A stretch of DNA of 63,060 nucleotides, counting the filler, from Nemertoderma westbladi (Eukaryota; Animalia; Xenacoelomorpha), in NCBI GenBank assembly GCA_032718475.1. It is 4 parts of 4 records of this genome, joined end to end, with 100 filler letters (N's around TTAATTAATTAA, not from the genome) between each part and the next. Parts side by side here need not be neighbours in the genome. Positions count along the whole stretch, not along the records: positions 19,247 to 50,098 come from JAUCBJ010000931.1; positions 50,199 to 58,418 come from JAUCBJ010005563.1; 2 more parts are not named here. The stretch is one strand, 5' to 3'. Under the pieces are notes generated by a model. The model worked only from the letters and a program-made list of their open reading frames with translations, was not told the DNA's origin and did not search any database. The position numbers and the translations under genes were made by a program. Positions 39,984 through 53,451 of the stretch are shown piece after piece (the first letter of the stretch is position 1; every line of letters begins with the position of its first letter).

Positions 39984-41801
39984 GATTCCATGATGCTGAC
40001 GACAGCAGGCAATCATCCCAGGCATGGAAATCGATCAACTTGCTTACTGGGCGGAAAAGCCAACCAACCACCAAGGTTAAGGTTGAATCACCAGCCGATC
40101 GTCTCAATGGTTGGAAGGCCCACTTTGAAAAGCTCCTCAACAATGACAGGGTATTGCCTGATAACTTTATAGAAGTAAAAGTGTCTGAGTATGTACTCCC
40201 AGATATTCCCATTGGCGATATCTCCTTTGTAGAAGTGAAGGCTGCTGCAAAGAGCATTAAGACCAATCGTGCCAGTGGAGTAGATGGTGTTCCCCCTGAG
40301 GTCTTAAAATGCCTGAGTGTTTAAAGCTCATCTATCCCATCATAGTAGACATGTACAGAACAACAAGAGACCCACAAGAAATGAAAACAAATAAGTTGGT
40401 GCCAGTTCCCAAGAAGGGCAACCTAACAATCTATGGTTCTTTTCGGGGAATCTCATTCATCTCGATTGCTGCAAAGCTATACAATATAATTATATTAAAT
40501 TGCATCAGGGATCCCATTGAGAGACTGCTCCGTGGAAATCAGAATGGGTTCCGTAAAGGTCGTGGGACCATGGAGCCTATTTTGGCACTTAGAAGGATAA
40601 TTGAAGAGTTATCAAAAAAGAAAGACAGGCATCTGGCTGTTATCTTTGTTGATTTCTTCAAGGCCTTTGATTCAGTCTCTCGCTCACGTATGTTCAGCTT
40701 ACTTTCACTATATGGGATTCCTGATGATATCATTGCAGCAATCAGATCAGTATACGATGGTTCAACAACATTTGTGTCTACTGTTGACGGTGACACAGAA
40801 CCTTTTGAAGTGTTATAGGGCGTCCTCCAGGGAGACACACTTGCACCATTCTTGTTCATAATTGTGGTTGACTATGTTCTACGCATGTCCTTAGATCATC
40901 ATAATGATGATGGGGTTTAGATAACTGCACCTACTGGCTCCAGAAGTCGAGGAAATCCTGCCAAGTACCTAACTGAGCTAGACTTTGCTGATGACTTAGG
41001 AGTACTCTCAAAATCACTAGAGGGAGCCCAACGGCTCCTCAGCTCATTAGAACATGCTGCTTCTAGTGTTGGTCTTTTTATTAACTCCAGAAAGACCAAA
41101 TTTTGACAGTTAACTTTGAAAGTCCTCAGCAAGTCTCTGATCGGATGAGCAAAGCTCAAAGGATGGTATGCTTGAGCATGTGGGCGACTTCTGTTACCTG
41201 GAATCATGGATCCGGAAGTCAGGTGAGGACCTTCGAATACGTAAGGGAAAGGCATGGGTAGCCTTGACTAGGCTTTCCAGGATTTGGAAGTCACCAAGAA
41301 ATAATCGGAAACTTAAGGACCGATTATTTAGAGCAGCAGTAGTTCCAGTACTCCTCTATGGGAGTCCATGCTGGGCTCTAACTGCTGAGGACACCAAATC
41401 TCTGGATGGCACTTTCACAAGAATGCTACGCCGGGTTCATTGTGTCAAGTACAATGCACACATCTCCAACCAGGCACTATATAACATTGGAGGTGTCTCA
41501 TTGGTTCCCCCATGCTTGACACTAGAACAAAATCGCCTCCATTTTGCAGGCCATGGCTTTCGCCGTGAGGACCAACCAGTGCATAATCTTGTGCTTTGGC
41601 AGCCTCATGGAGTGAATAAGCATGGTGGACAGCCTATGACTTTCTTGAGACGCATCTTAAAGGACACTAGCCTTGAAGATGCGGATGATCTAGCAAATGT
41701 CATGGGTGATAGGGAGTTGTGGCGGCACAATTTTGTCGACAAGCCGACACAGCATTCTTAAAAATGCAGTTGCAAAGCAGCATGCCGATCCTAATAGTAG
41801 T
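39984..41801 (+). mobile_element. 5'-truncated RTE-clade LINE, younger copy, nested in the older copy
   Basis: RT motifs FVDFFKAFDSV, QGDTLAPFLF, DFADDL and LLYGSPCW. ORF end at 41761, tail taatagtagtag, flanked by aggtgtctca/aggtgcctca. Confidence 0.9.
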
Positions 41802-44498
41802 AGGTGCCTCATTGGTTCCCACAAGCTTGACACTAGAACAAAGCCGCCTCCGATTTCCAGGACATTGCTTTCGCCGTGAGGACCAGCCAGTGCATTAAAT
41901 GGTTGGCTGATATCACAAGCATTTAAATCCATATTTTGTATTTATTTCGCGCGTTGTGATGGGTTGTAATGGGATGCGTTTTTTCTTCTTGTCTATAATA
42001 ATTATTGTGTTTTAGCGAGCGAAAAAGCTCCCAACCCAGTTTTTGCTTTCTTTTACTAATTTCCAAAAAGCACTGTACATACAGTAAGTTTATTCAAATT
42101 GAATAACTCAAATGTTTTTTTCTGATGGTCGCTTGGCTTGGTACAATTATCAACAATCGACCGAAACAAAAAGTTTTTTGCACCAAGTGATAAATGTTAA
42201 TATAAATGATATTAGTCCGCTATATATAATGATGTAGATTAAACGAATACTGTAGTAAGTAGTAAATAGGTTTACTGAGTGATGCAGTTTATCCTTACAA
42301 AGAGTACTAGGAAACTCATGTAATTAATATAGAACTAAAGCTAAAACACAGGTTGTGTTGGAATGTTTTTGTTCGCGCAAAAACTCCCTAATTATAGACT
42401 TCCCATAAACAAGACTCCCGACTAAACAAGAAGACTTCCCATATTTAATAAATACGCATCCCATTAATATGGTGGCTCTGAGCGGTCATTTTGTCATCCT
42501 TTTTTGTTTCCCGGACTTTTGCAAACTCGATCGAACGATTTGGCAAAAGTCGGGGAAACAAAAAAATAAAACTAGAAACAAACCTTTGTTTTAGTGAGTT
42601 TTGTAAAGTCGATTTAACGAGTTTGCAAAAGACGGCGAACAAAATTAAATATTAGAAAACTGGCCGCTCAGCACCACGCTACATAACACCCAATCACAGC
42701 GCGCGGAATAAACACAACAATATGGAATTAAAACGCTCGTGATATCAGCCAATCTTTTACGCGAACATTTTATTGCCATTTTGTTGAATATACATACGCC
42801 CTATAACAGCCAATAGCCCTTTATTATGCTCCCCGTAGTTAGAGATTTAACGATAAAATGCGATTATTGAATTTTTGCTCGCGCAAAGTTCCACACATTA
42901 CCCGTGCGTCTGTGTCAAAATGTTTTTTTTAAGTTTTTGATTCGTCAAGAACGATCAAAGTTTAGCTGAGTTTATAAACTCGTAACATTGTCCTGCCCAG
43001 TAGTCCTGCCCAGTCCTGCACATTGTTCTGTCCTGAGAAGTCTAAGAAGTGTTTACGAATTCACTCGCCAAAACGTGTTCATTTTTTTTATAATTGTTTT
43101 TCGTTGCATTGAATTACATTGAGTAATCTAAAATATCCCTCACCACCAATTCATATAACATTTCGTAATGATTGTATACTAATTTACAAATACAACCTGC
43201 AGACATTTTTCCTTTACTTTACAAGTAAATGGACCCTTCAAACAGTATAATAGCAAACCGCACAATTGTATCAATAGTTATAGGCCCTACGAATGATCAC
43301 ACTAACTTCCGCGTTCCTGTAGTCCAAGGTGGACTACAAGTAGTGTTCTGGCAAGAAACACCACATATATATCATCATTTCACATAATCCACAACATAAC
43401 AACTCGACCCAATGGTATTCCCCTTTTCACAATCAAACCCATTGTTCGCAGGGATTTTTTAGGCGCAATTATTGCCATAAGTAGGTTTTGCAATATATTT
43501 CAAATTCCTGGAAGATATTCATCACATACCTGTTTATGAGTAAAATGAGTCATTTTGTTTTTTGTGTGTGAGATTATTTAGTTCATTTAGAGATAAGTAG
43601 ATACGGATGTGGAAGATAATTATTGTTTTTTAAACGTTTTCCAGTGAGTTAAATAATACTCACCTCACCTACATGGTCCTTAACTAGACATGTATGAATT
43701 AGATTAAAAGAATTCGAAAGTAATTGGTGACTGTTTAGGCCTGGTCAAACATGAGCTTTCAAATAATAGCTACGTTCCGGTTCACCGGTTCACACATCAA
43801 CATTCAACATTCAGCTCACAAAGTTCATAGACTATATTCCAATAGACCTAGGCCTATTGTACTGTAAAAAGGTAATGCAAAATCCTGTTGTTAATTAGTA
43901 TGCAAGAGATGCCAGCTTTTAACTTTCAAGTAAGATAGAACATAGGACTGGTAAATTTTAAATTGTCCATGTTGAAAGTTGACTGATAACGTTTGTGAAC
44001 GTCACCAAATAGGCTACTGTACAATGTGTTATATCTTTCAGATGGAAGTTGAAAGCTCATGTGTGCCCCAGGCCTTATAGAGCTTTCTTGGATATATTCG
44101 AAAGGAAAATGTAAAGACGTCATACTGGGTTCGGCGCTATTATTTGACAATAAACTAGAGATTTTATATTGAAAATACATTTTTCGCTTTCAGATTTTAC
44201 TATACCTTATCTATCATAAATGTATTTAAATTCAAATTCCAACCCCTAAGTTCTAGTTTTGCCCCCAAACCCCGCCCATCCCCTACCCACCCTAGCCTGT
44301 CTCTGCAAAAGTACTTGGCGCGCCATACCATCAAGAAAAACTTTTATTTCACTGATACATTTCGTTTACAGGTATTAATTACCGTTCAAATTAGTTAATG
44401 TGATCTAAGTTGCCTTTAACAGTTTATAAATTTTAAACCAGTTTAAATTATATTAATTTCAATAAAAGGAACAGTTAATCAATGCTATATTTAGTAAC

Positions 44499-44823
44499 AT
44501 GGTGACTTTCCCAATTGGTATAAGTTATTCAACAAGGTCCTGTTGGCTTCTAATGATAATATTTGCGGAAGTTGGGAAGCAACTGGTGTTTTCAGCGAAC
44601 TTTGAGATGCGACAAAAAGAGGAGGACTTTCTGTGGAAATTCTATACGGAAACTGGGGGTCCTAATTGGTTAATCAACGGAGTTGATAACGAAAATATAA
44701 CGAGGTGGACTAACCAATCAGACTACTGCAGCTGGGTTGGTGTTACTTGCAATGACAATCAACGCGTAACTAAATTAAGTTTAGACGGCCTCAATCTTGA
44801 CGGAAATATACCAACGTTTTCAG
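44499..44823 (+). CDS. LRR/Cys-rich/multipass membrane protein, paralog B, exon 1
   Basis: FLWKFYTETGGPNW...WTNQSDYCSWVGVTCNDNQRVTKLSLDGLNLDGNIPTFS aligns with paralog A exon 1. Phase-1 donor CAG|GTTAAC at the same position. Confidence 0.85.
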
Positions 44824-45351
44824 GTTAACAAAACTTTGTTATTACTGGAGTTGTAAGAAGAGTTAGTTCACTGTTACCAGTATTGTTGTGTAACTAGTTT
44901 TGATTGCTTATCTGTGTTTCTGACTCTCAGTCAGTAAGTCTATCTCTGTTTGTCTGTCTTACTTTTACAGACAGTATTATACAGATTCATAGATCGGCGT
45001 GTGCAATTTAGTAAAGTAAAAGTACACGAACAACTACTGTATCAGCAACAACGAGCAACTATGAACTCTAACTGAGATCGTGACTGTTACATCCACTAAA
45101 AGAATTGGGTTCTAATGCATATCGACTCATTGGTATTCAGAATATATTTTTATGTCTGTTTAAATCACTAATTATGTACTTTTTATTTTTTTTTATTTTC
45201 AGTTTTTTGCTTCTTTGTCCGTATTCTATTACGATTTAGGCGCTCCGGTACCTGTTACTCTACTGCTGTGCTTTTAGGGAATTTTTGTTTATTACATGTA
45301 TCGGCATTATCTTTCCTTTCGATATTGTATGCGAACATAATATATTTTCAG

Positions 45352-47803
45352 AGATGGATGATCTGCGTGTCATAGAGCTACACACCAACAAACTAAGGGG
45401 ATCTTTGAATAAATTCTTCAACTCACCTACAACATTCCTTAATAACCTTAAAGACCTTATACTCGGCTTCAACATACTGAGTGGCACCATTACAAAGGCG
45501 CAACTTAATAAAATAATTCACATTGAAAAATTCCAGGTTACAACAAATTATGAATTGGGTGGAGATTATCTTGAGGCGATGTGCAATCTAACCAATTTAA
45601 CATTCTTTAGTGTGGGCCAAACAGATGTGAAAGGAATAATACCAGAATGCATTGGGAATCTTACTAACTTAACCTACATAGATATGGAGTACTGCCCTAA
45701 CCTTAGCGGTTCAATTCCTGAAAGCTTTTCAAATTTGACAAACTTAGAAACAATTCATTTGAAACAATCAAAATTATTTGGCAATCTATCTCGAAATTTT
45801 GGTCAAAAGTTTGATAAGTTAAAGGATTTTCAAATTTCCATGAATAATATATCAGGGACCGTTCCAGACAGTATTAAGGATGCGATAAAGATAGAAATAT
45901 TCGATATTTCGGAAAACAAATTTGAAGGAGAGCTGCCCAGCTTAGTAGATATGACTAATTTAACAAATTTAAATGCCGCGTCAAATCGATTCACAGCATT
46001 CCGAGATCTTCCGGCTGGAGTTAAAATAATAAACCTGTCAAATAACAATTTAAACTCGACGCTTGATGAAATTTTGCCGACTCTTAAAAAGATTGATTTA
46101 ATCGACACTATTAATTTCCAAAATTGCACATTGCATGGCCCCTTGTCGCAGGAACTATGGGCACTAAACTATGACACTCGGAGCTCAATACAGTTTAGCT
46201 GGAACAAATTTAGTGGAAGAATTCCTCCGTTACTTGTAAAAATTAACCATCTCAGTCGGATATTCCTTAATAACAATAATTTGGAAGGAAGTTTGCCTGA
46301 AGATATAAATCACTTGAGAGCTTTGGTTGTATTCGACATCACCGGAAATCGCAAAATGCGGATGCCGATGGGCGAGTACTTTGATCGCGGGAGCTATAGA
46401 CTGGACCAGGGAGATATGAAGTCATATTCCGGCCGCAACTACACATGTCCCACATTGAAATTGATTAAATACGATTCTGAAGATAGTGAAATATTGGCGG
46501 ATCCTTATTTTACCGACCAAGTCAACTGCACATGTAATAATGGGTTCTTTGGTGAGGCTGGGCTCTGTGTGTCCTGTTTCGAAGAAGGGGCCTATTGCCC
46601 TGGGAATTTTATTAAGTCGCCCATAAATGTCTTAAAACATTACTGGGGAAACACAAGCAATGTGGGGAATGTGACCGAACTGCTTCAATGTCAGAGTTTC
46701 GGAAGAAAAAATTCAACGTGCAGCACAGGAGACGCCAAGTGTTACATGGAAGTGGAGAGTGCCTCTACTTATTCTGTACGATGCAGAGACAGCGATGAAT
46801 GGACAATGTGTAGTAGAAACCGCACGGGGCGTATGTGTGTTGATTGTCTGGATAATTACTACAGGCGGGGAGACCATTGCTTTAAGTGTATCAAAGCAGA
46901 ACCCGACAACGCAATAGGATTGTATATGCTCACCAGTTCTCTAGTACTGGGATTTCTGATATCTGTAAGCTTTTACGCTTATATTCGGGTGAGACATGGC
47001 AGGAGGAAGTCTGCAAACAGGGCAATTATCTTAACCCTTGAAATCGTATTTCTCGCGGTTGAACTAACCTTGTGCATGTTAAATATTGTAGAGTTTTGGG
47101 TGTTCAGTTTTTCAGCAGTGTTGATGATTCTTACTCTGTGTGGAGGCAAATCAAAGTACTCCGGAATTACCGAGGTCTTTGTGTTTTACACGCAAGCACT
47201 CGACTTTATGTCACCAGATCTAGAATTTATGGCGATGTTTGTGGATAACGTTCGGGATTTTGCATCGGCAATGAAATCAACTCTTAGCTTCAGGTTTAAC
47301 GGGTTGGAATGCACGTTCCCTGGATTTGGATCTGAAGCGAAAAAAACATGGCTTCTTGTGGCTTTGCCATACATGTCAATATTTCTTCTTGCTGTTGTCT
47401 TTATATTTGGCATCGCTTATAAGCGGTACATCAGCCCTCTGTGCTTACAGCGACCAGTACACCCACGGAAAGAGAGGGAAATATACCCTTTATACACCGG
47501 GAGATACACTCTCGCACTCCTTAATCTACTCACGGACAAAGAGATAGCTATATTGCACAACTTTGGAGGAATGTTTCTAACAGTATCATCGATGGTTTCC
47601 TTTCCAATTGTAATGAAGGGACTCCAAGGTGTGGCACCGCCATCTCGAGATTACATGACTCATTTTCCGACAATAGAGGTTGGGTCTGCCGAGTATAAGA
47701 GTATACTAGCAGCTTCTTGTGTCTGCTTAGTTCATGGAGTATTCATGCTATTTTTTAGTTGGTGGCTAATTTACTTCTACTGGGAGAAACAACAGCAATT
47801 AAT
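45352..47803 (+). CDS. Paralog B, exon 2
   Basis: attttcag|AG ATG is in phase. Collinear with paralog A exon 2 (LRRs, RNYTCPTLKL, Cys-rich region, TMs). Phase-2 donor AT|GTGAGT. Confidence 0.92.
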
Positions 47804-48070
47804 GTGAGTTCTATTGTTAACAACGTAACCTCTCTTTTAGACGAAAAGTAGTATTTTGTTAATTATTCCTTTACCATTTTTATGGCATGAGTTAGAGAAA
47901 AGTCTCTCCGGAAACCGGAAAGACAGTAGTCAGACATATTTGGGTAAATAAGTGAGACATATTTACTGTTAACCAAACTTTGTCAACTTATCCTGTAAAG
48001 AGCATACAGTACATTATATCTAAACTGATTATTGATAATACATCTCATACACTTACCATTATTTTTTCAG

Positions 48071-48369
48071 GAATTCTGTGGAATTTGATGAAGAACAAAA
48101 AAAGACTGCAAGAGCGCTGATTAACATGTTTGTTGGCCGGTTCTTTGTTCCTTACAAGGCCAGCATATACGGCAGATACTGTGAACTGTGGTCTCGGGTT
48201 CGGGAAATCTTATTGGCCGTCTTCATTATTACAACCTCCCACCAGGATGACTACGTCGTTGAACAAGCCTTACTAACCTGCTCCGTGCTGCTCGTGTCCT
48301 TGTGTCTTCGAATTCGTACCTTTCCATTGCAACAAATTGGCAAGAAGGAGTTTGAAAACTGGCTAGAAG
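48071..48369 (+). CDS. Paralog B, exon 3 (exon 4 not found before the gap)
   Basis: attttttcag|G AAT TCT... encodes FVGRFFVPYK...YCELWSRVRE...FENWLEG. Donor G|GTTGGT at the same position as in paralog A. Confidence 0.85.
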
Positions 48370-50098
48370 GTTGGTGTACTGTTGTAGCACGGTGGATATA
48401 ATGGTTAATGCCGCGGCAAGCACTAATAATTTCAGCACGTTAATTGAACGTCTTATGGCCTGTTGGTTTTGAGAGTGACCATATTTTAGAAAAGTTATAT
48501 TTTTGAGAATTGTGCCTTGCCTTGCCAGTGCCTTGCCCTTTTCGGAAAGCAGTTTGATAATTAGATAAGGATAGGACACTTTTGACAGTTCCCTTTTTTG
48601 AGAAGAATGGCCGTACTTTATAACAATCAAATTTTGTGAAAGCCCTTTGAATAAGTAAATTGATATTACCGAAATGATAGGATTGAAATAAACAATTATC
48701 AGAAGTCATCCACATGCTGTTCACCTTCAACATTACTGTATGGTCTTCTTGGAGTTTACAAAAACACCAACACTAGAAGCAGCCTGTACCAATGAGCAGA
48801 TAAGACTTTGGGCACCCTCTAGTGATTCTTAGATAAATATATTAGGGGAAAGAAGCAGTTTACAGTGTTTCCAACCAAAACAATGAACTAAATTCGAACG
48901 ACATAAGAAGCAGGCTATAAAGCTGCTAAATATTAATGCTTGGGTGTGTAATCTGTAATTGATATGGGCAGTGGCCTATTGATGTTATGGTATATATGCG
49001 TTGGTTGGGACAGTTTGAAACTGTTTCAAACTATGGTATTGTGCTGCTAGCTGTCGGCCGGTAAATGTCGGCTGTTAACTGTCGGCTAATAGATGTTGAC
49101 TGTCTCGTTACTGTAGTTGTCGAATGTTTGCTGTTGGCTAATAGCTGGCGGCTGATACTGTAGTTGCTGCTAATACAGTAGCTGTCGCCTGATAGCCCTT
49201 CCGCTAATGCTGTTTTTTCCCGGTCTTTTCCCGGTTTTTCCAGGTTCATTTGTGAATTTTCCCGGTTTAGATGACATAATGTAATACATAAAAACATATT
49301 ATATTGAATTCCACTTGACCTAAATTTCATGTTAACCTTCCTATCAAATTATATGTTGTCAAAAAAATGTTATGTACAATATGATTTTGTAAATATTATA
49401 TTATTTAATTCAATTTAATTGCATATAAGTTATATTATATAATGTGCATTATATTGAATTATATTTTTAGCTCTAAAGTTAGTATAATACAGTATATTAA
49501 ATACGGTACTAAACTCAGAGTCGTTTTAGCTCAGCTATCTCATCGTTCAGCCTGTTTACTGTTTTAGCATAAAGTTTTCACACAAAGTTTTAGCATCAAT
49601 TCACAATAAGTTTATCAATAAAAAACCTTTTATCAATAAAAGGCTTGGTTAATCTATGAGCACAACTCTTCCCAATACCTTTTATTTGTGCGGTTTATTT
49701 TATTGACATGTGTGTTGTTTAATAGTGGCCTATATAGTGGCTGATTAGTACTTTTTTAAACAATATTATCTTTAGTATTTTTAACATTACTCTTTTTAAC
49801 GACTGCCTTCTATGATATTACGGGTGGAATAAGGTTTTACCTTAATTTTTAATAAATAAATAGTAAATAGATAAATATAAATGAAAAATCGATAATTATT
49901 TTACTAAGTTTGATCATGTTGTTCAAAATATAAAAAATTCCCGGTTACATGATATTTTTCAAAGGCTTTTTCCCGGTTTTTTAATTTTTTTCCCGGTTCT
50001 CCCGGTTTTCCCGTTCGTTCGACACCCTGTTAACGTTTACCTCAGAAGTTATAAGGTAGAATGCAATGTATTGGCAAAAAAACAGAGTAATGAGAGTT

Positions 50099-50198
50099 NN
50101 NNNNNNNNNNNNNNNNNNNNNNNNNNNNNNNNNNNNNNNNNNTTAATTAATTAANNNNNNNNNNNNNNNNNNNNNNNNNNNNNNNNNNNNNNNNNNNN
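50099..50198. other. Artificial assembly linker
   Basis: Same 100-nt N44-TTAATTAATTAA-N44 pattern. Confidence 0.98.
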
Positions 50199-52633
50199 AG
50201 GCCTACTATTTTATAAATCGTTTGAGTTGATTTATAATATATATACCCGTTTAATGGGTTTTTGTTACAATATTTGAAATAAATGTTATTATTTCTGGGA
50301 AGGAGTCACTACACAGAAGCTGTATGCTCTCAGTGAAGTGCTACTTGTTGGACACTAAAACAAATAATTCTACTTGCCTAAGTTACTTATTACTACAAAT
50401 TACGTACAATTCGGGTGAGATTACAATCTCTAAATAAACACAAAAAAAAATTACACGTACAAATTTTAGGGGTAATTTTACAAGAAGTCTACAAACCAGC
50501 CTAACAAGGGGTTAGAATTTCTGGTTATTACAAACGGACAGGATACTTCGGTATTTGAAAATAATAAAGCAGTAGTAAATATATTGCGTTGTCTAGATAG
50601 GAAAAATACCACCGTCTGAAGACTTATAGCCGTAGCGCTATAAGTACTATGTTATGTACCCGGAATGTTCCTACCTAGAAGTTAATTACCGCAGCCTACT
50701 ATAGCTAACGTGCCTATTAACCACTTTACAACACAAATATACTGCCTACACACTAATTACCTTCGGAAAGCACTGTACACTAAACCCTAAATTAGGTACA
50801 AGTACTTATACAACAAATAACCAGCAGTTAAAAATACTTGTACAGTTAAAAGAACCACTGTATCTGCCGGAGCGACTAGAGCATAAAATCACCAGTCTTT
50901 ACCTACGCCAAACAGCCCTGATGTAGTACCGGGGTTAATTTAACTATAACGGTATGTATAACAAGCACAATTACTGTAGGAATAAACTTGGGGTGGTGTA
51001 TGTTGCGAATAATCGCATAAACTCTGAATAATAAATATTACGCTACCCGTACAGACTACACAAACAAAATACAAACCAAATGCTGGCAGACTACTATCAA
51101 GCCTAAATAAACTACAGTATATGCAGACTCCGAAATGGTTAGTTAGTATGCGTTCTAACCGAGTAGTACGACTTATTCTTTCGGGGGGGATTTACCTTAC
51201 AGCAATGGATGCCCCCACGTTCCTAACTAGTACTTTATCGGACATACACTCTACACACACTACAATCTCTTCAGACTTGACAACAGCCAGACAACAATCC
51301 AGCCTACAAATTATTTGTACAATTTGAGCAGGCTTACATGCCTTCTGCTCAATATTAACTTACAAATAAATAAAACTGACAGAAATAAATAAGCTCCAAA
51401 AGAAACAAGGGGTGTACAGTCCCTAATCTCTTAAACAGCCTACCAATATACAATATCACAATCGAAATAATACTGATGTACCTGTACTGCTGTAAGTACC
51501 AGTTCGGGTGGTTAGGTAGTTAGGCCTACTGGTTACCGGTCGACCGGTACATTCAGCTTTATTGCCTACGTTGCAATAAAGAAGCAATAACTGTTATTGT
51601 TCGCGCTTTTAGACCTTTAGCAGTTTAACCTGCCAAATTTAGGTGTCTTCTAGGTTATAAATCGACTTTAGCCTATAACAAGTATTTGATACACATAAGT
51701 TACATTAGCCGAAGCCAGCCTATGCGCGATCATTCACCCACGGTTAAGGGAGACTGGATTCGGATGCTCTGACCTTATTGCGGTGTAGGCCTACTGTACT
51801 ATTCGATTGATCGTTAATATATAATCTCTGACAAATATTATTCACTTTCGGGAAATATTAACAGTTCATTTAGGACGTGGCGCTCTAAGTGTATGTAAAC
51901 AGAGTTATGACTTACACTAAACACAACGGGATGGCTAATGATTCACGTATAAAGCGCATTCTTTAGGAAATGCTTTGTTATCTATCACACTCATGCACAC
52001 TACCGCACACTGCTGCACACTGATCTGCCGACCTTCACTAATTTTAATCATATATAAGGAGAACAGCAACTGACACATGTAGAGCCTATGAAATAGCATT
52101 CAATTCACTCCAAAACCACTATAATGTAAGTCGCAATTGCTATATGTAACCGGTCTCTCTAACCTTCAGTATATCAAGAAGATTGGGGTTTTCTGATTAT
52201 TTATCGTTATTCTCCAAATATAACAATATTCCATCAACTGATACAATTAATAACCGACAGTAAATAGCAGTAAAATAATGCGGTGTTTGTATGTGAGGTT
52301 TGTATGAGATATGACAAGCTGAGTTGCGATGTACTGTTAACAGTTATACGTTTCTATGATCAAAGCCGTTCTAATGTTTGGCTAAAGTCTGAAACACAGA
52401 ATAATTCCACAGCCGATGTTCTGGGCTCAGGAAAAAAGGTAAACAAAGACCATAATGCATTGCGCGATTTCCCGGAGGCTTCTGTGCAAATAAAATGAAA
52501 ATCGCTCTGATTGGTCGAGCCGAACAAAGAACAAAGAAAAGCTCTACGTGGACATATCAGCTGATAGATGTCGTCATCTGAACTACACTGTATTAAGAGT
52601 ATTTTGGTGCATTGCGGCATAAAATCGCTAGTT

Positions 52634-52740
52634 ATGTCCGCTAAAGTACACATACAGAAGAAATGGCTTTTTATGTCCACTAAAACACCTACACAGTAGG
52701 AAAACGGCTTTTTATGTCCGCTAAAACACCTACAGAGTAC
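52634..52740. repeat. Short ~40-bp tandem repeat, about 2.5 copies
   Basis: Repeated atgtccgctaaa...aca.agta/aga...ggctttttat. Confidence 0.6.
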
Positions 52741-53262
52741 TTTGCGGGGAAAATGACTAGCTAGATCCGCAAAAGCCTTTACAAAACATTTTAGAGTAAC
52801 CTGGGTAATTTCCAGTACAGTTAAAAATCTTGTTTTCAATTCATCCACTAACAAGGGGCAGTAAGCAAGATATTATTATTAGTAACCGATGGCTCCTTAT
52901 ACCCTACTATAGAAATTATATTGAAAATTCACTGATACGTGCACAAAAACAAGCAAAAAGCGAACAGTCGGCCGAGGGCGGAGGCGACCCGAAGGCTCCT
53001 CTATCGATAGAGACCATACACATAGGTTGCCCTTATTTTCACACCCTGGCACACAAATCCTAACACATTGTTAATATTATACAATTATTAATACAATTAT
53101 TATTATGCTACCACTTTCACCCACCACACACACCCCTACGACATGTTTGTACTGTGGGGTGTCTTTCCTGTTAAGAATTCCCCTCACCACCAGCATAGTA
53201 CGGAGCCACCACAGCGGCATAAGCAGTTATTCGTTGTTGATCAGCCGAAGTTTAATGAGGAT

Positions 53263-53451
53263 TTATTTAGGATAAACTTTAACTTCACAGAGGGTGAGTG
53301 GATCATTTTTATTCTGGCGTACGACCACATAACGGCCCATGAACCCCCAGCAGTTGATACTCTGAACAGCAGAAGAATCGGCAGTTCCACACCCGTGGTC
53401 GCTACCCAAACTATGGAGGTAAGCATCGTCCACAGTGTCTAGAACAAATAC
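53263..53451 (-). CDS. F-type lectin domain, last coding exon
   Basis: catttag|GTA TTT... encodes VFVLDTVDDAYLHSLGSDHGCGTADSSAVQSINCWGFMGRYVVVRQNKNDPLTLCEVKVYPK*. The GRYV...LTLCEV.V terminus is typical of the domain; phase 0 matches the upstream exon. Confidence 0.92.
   Translation of the reverse strand, partial: VFVLDTVDDAYLHSLGSDHGCGTADSSAVQSINCWGFMGRYVVVRQNKNDPLTLCEVKVYPK

Noticed and set aside
24701-47807. LRR genes as Toll-like receptors, LGR-type GPCRs or LRR receptor kinases
   Set aside because: No TIR, kinase or rhodopsin-family motifs are visible, and there are more than seven hydrophobic segments.
50340-51440. Possible LTR or retroelement leader sequence
   Set aside because: Composition is suggestive, but no second LTR, primer-binding site or gag/pol sequence could be identified.
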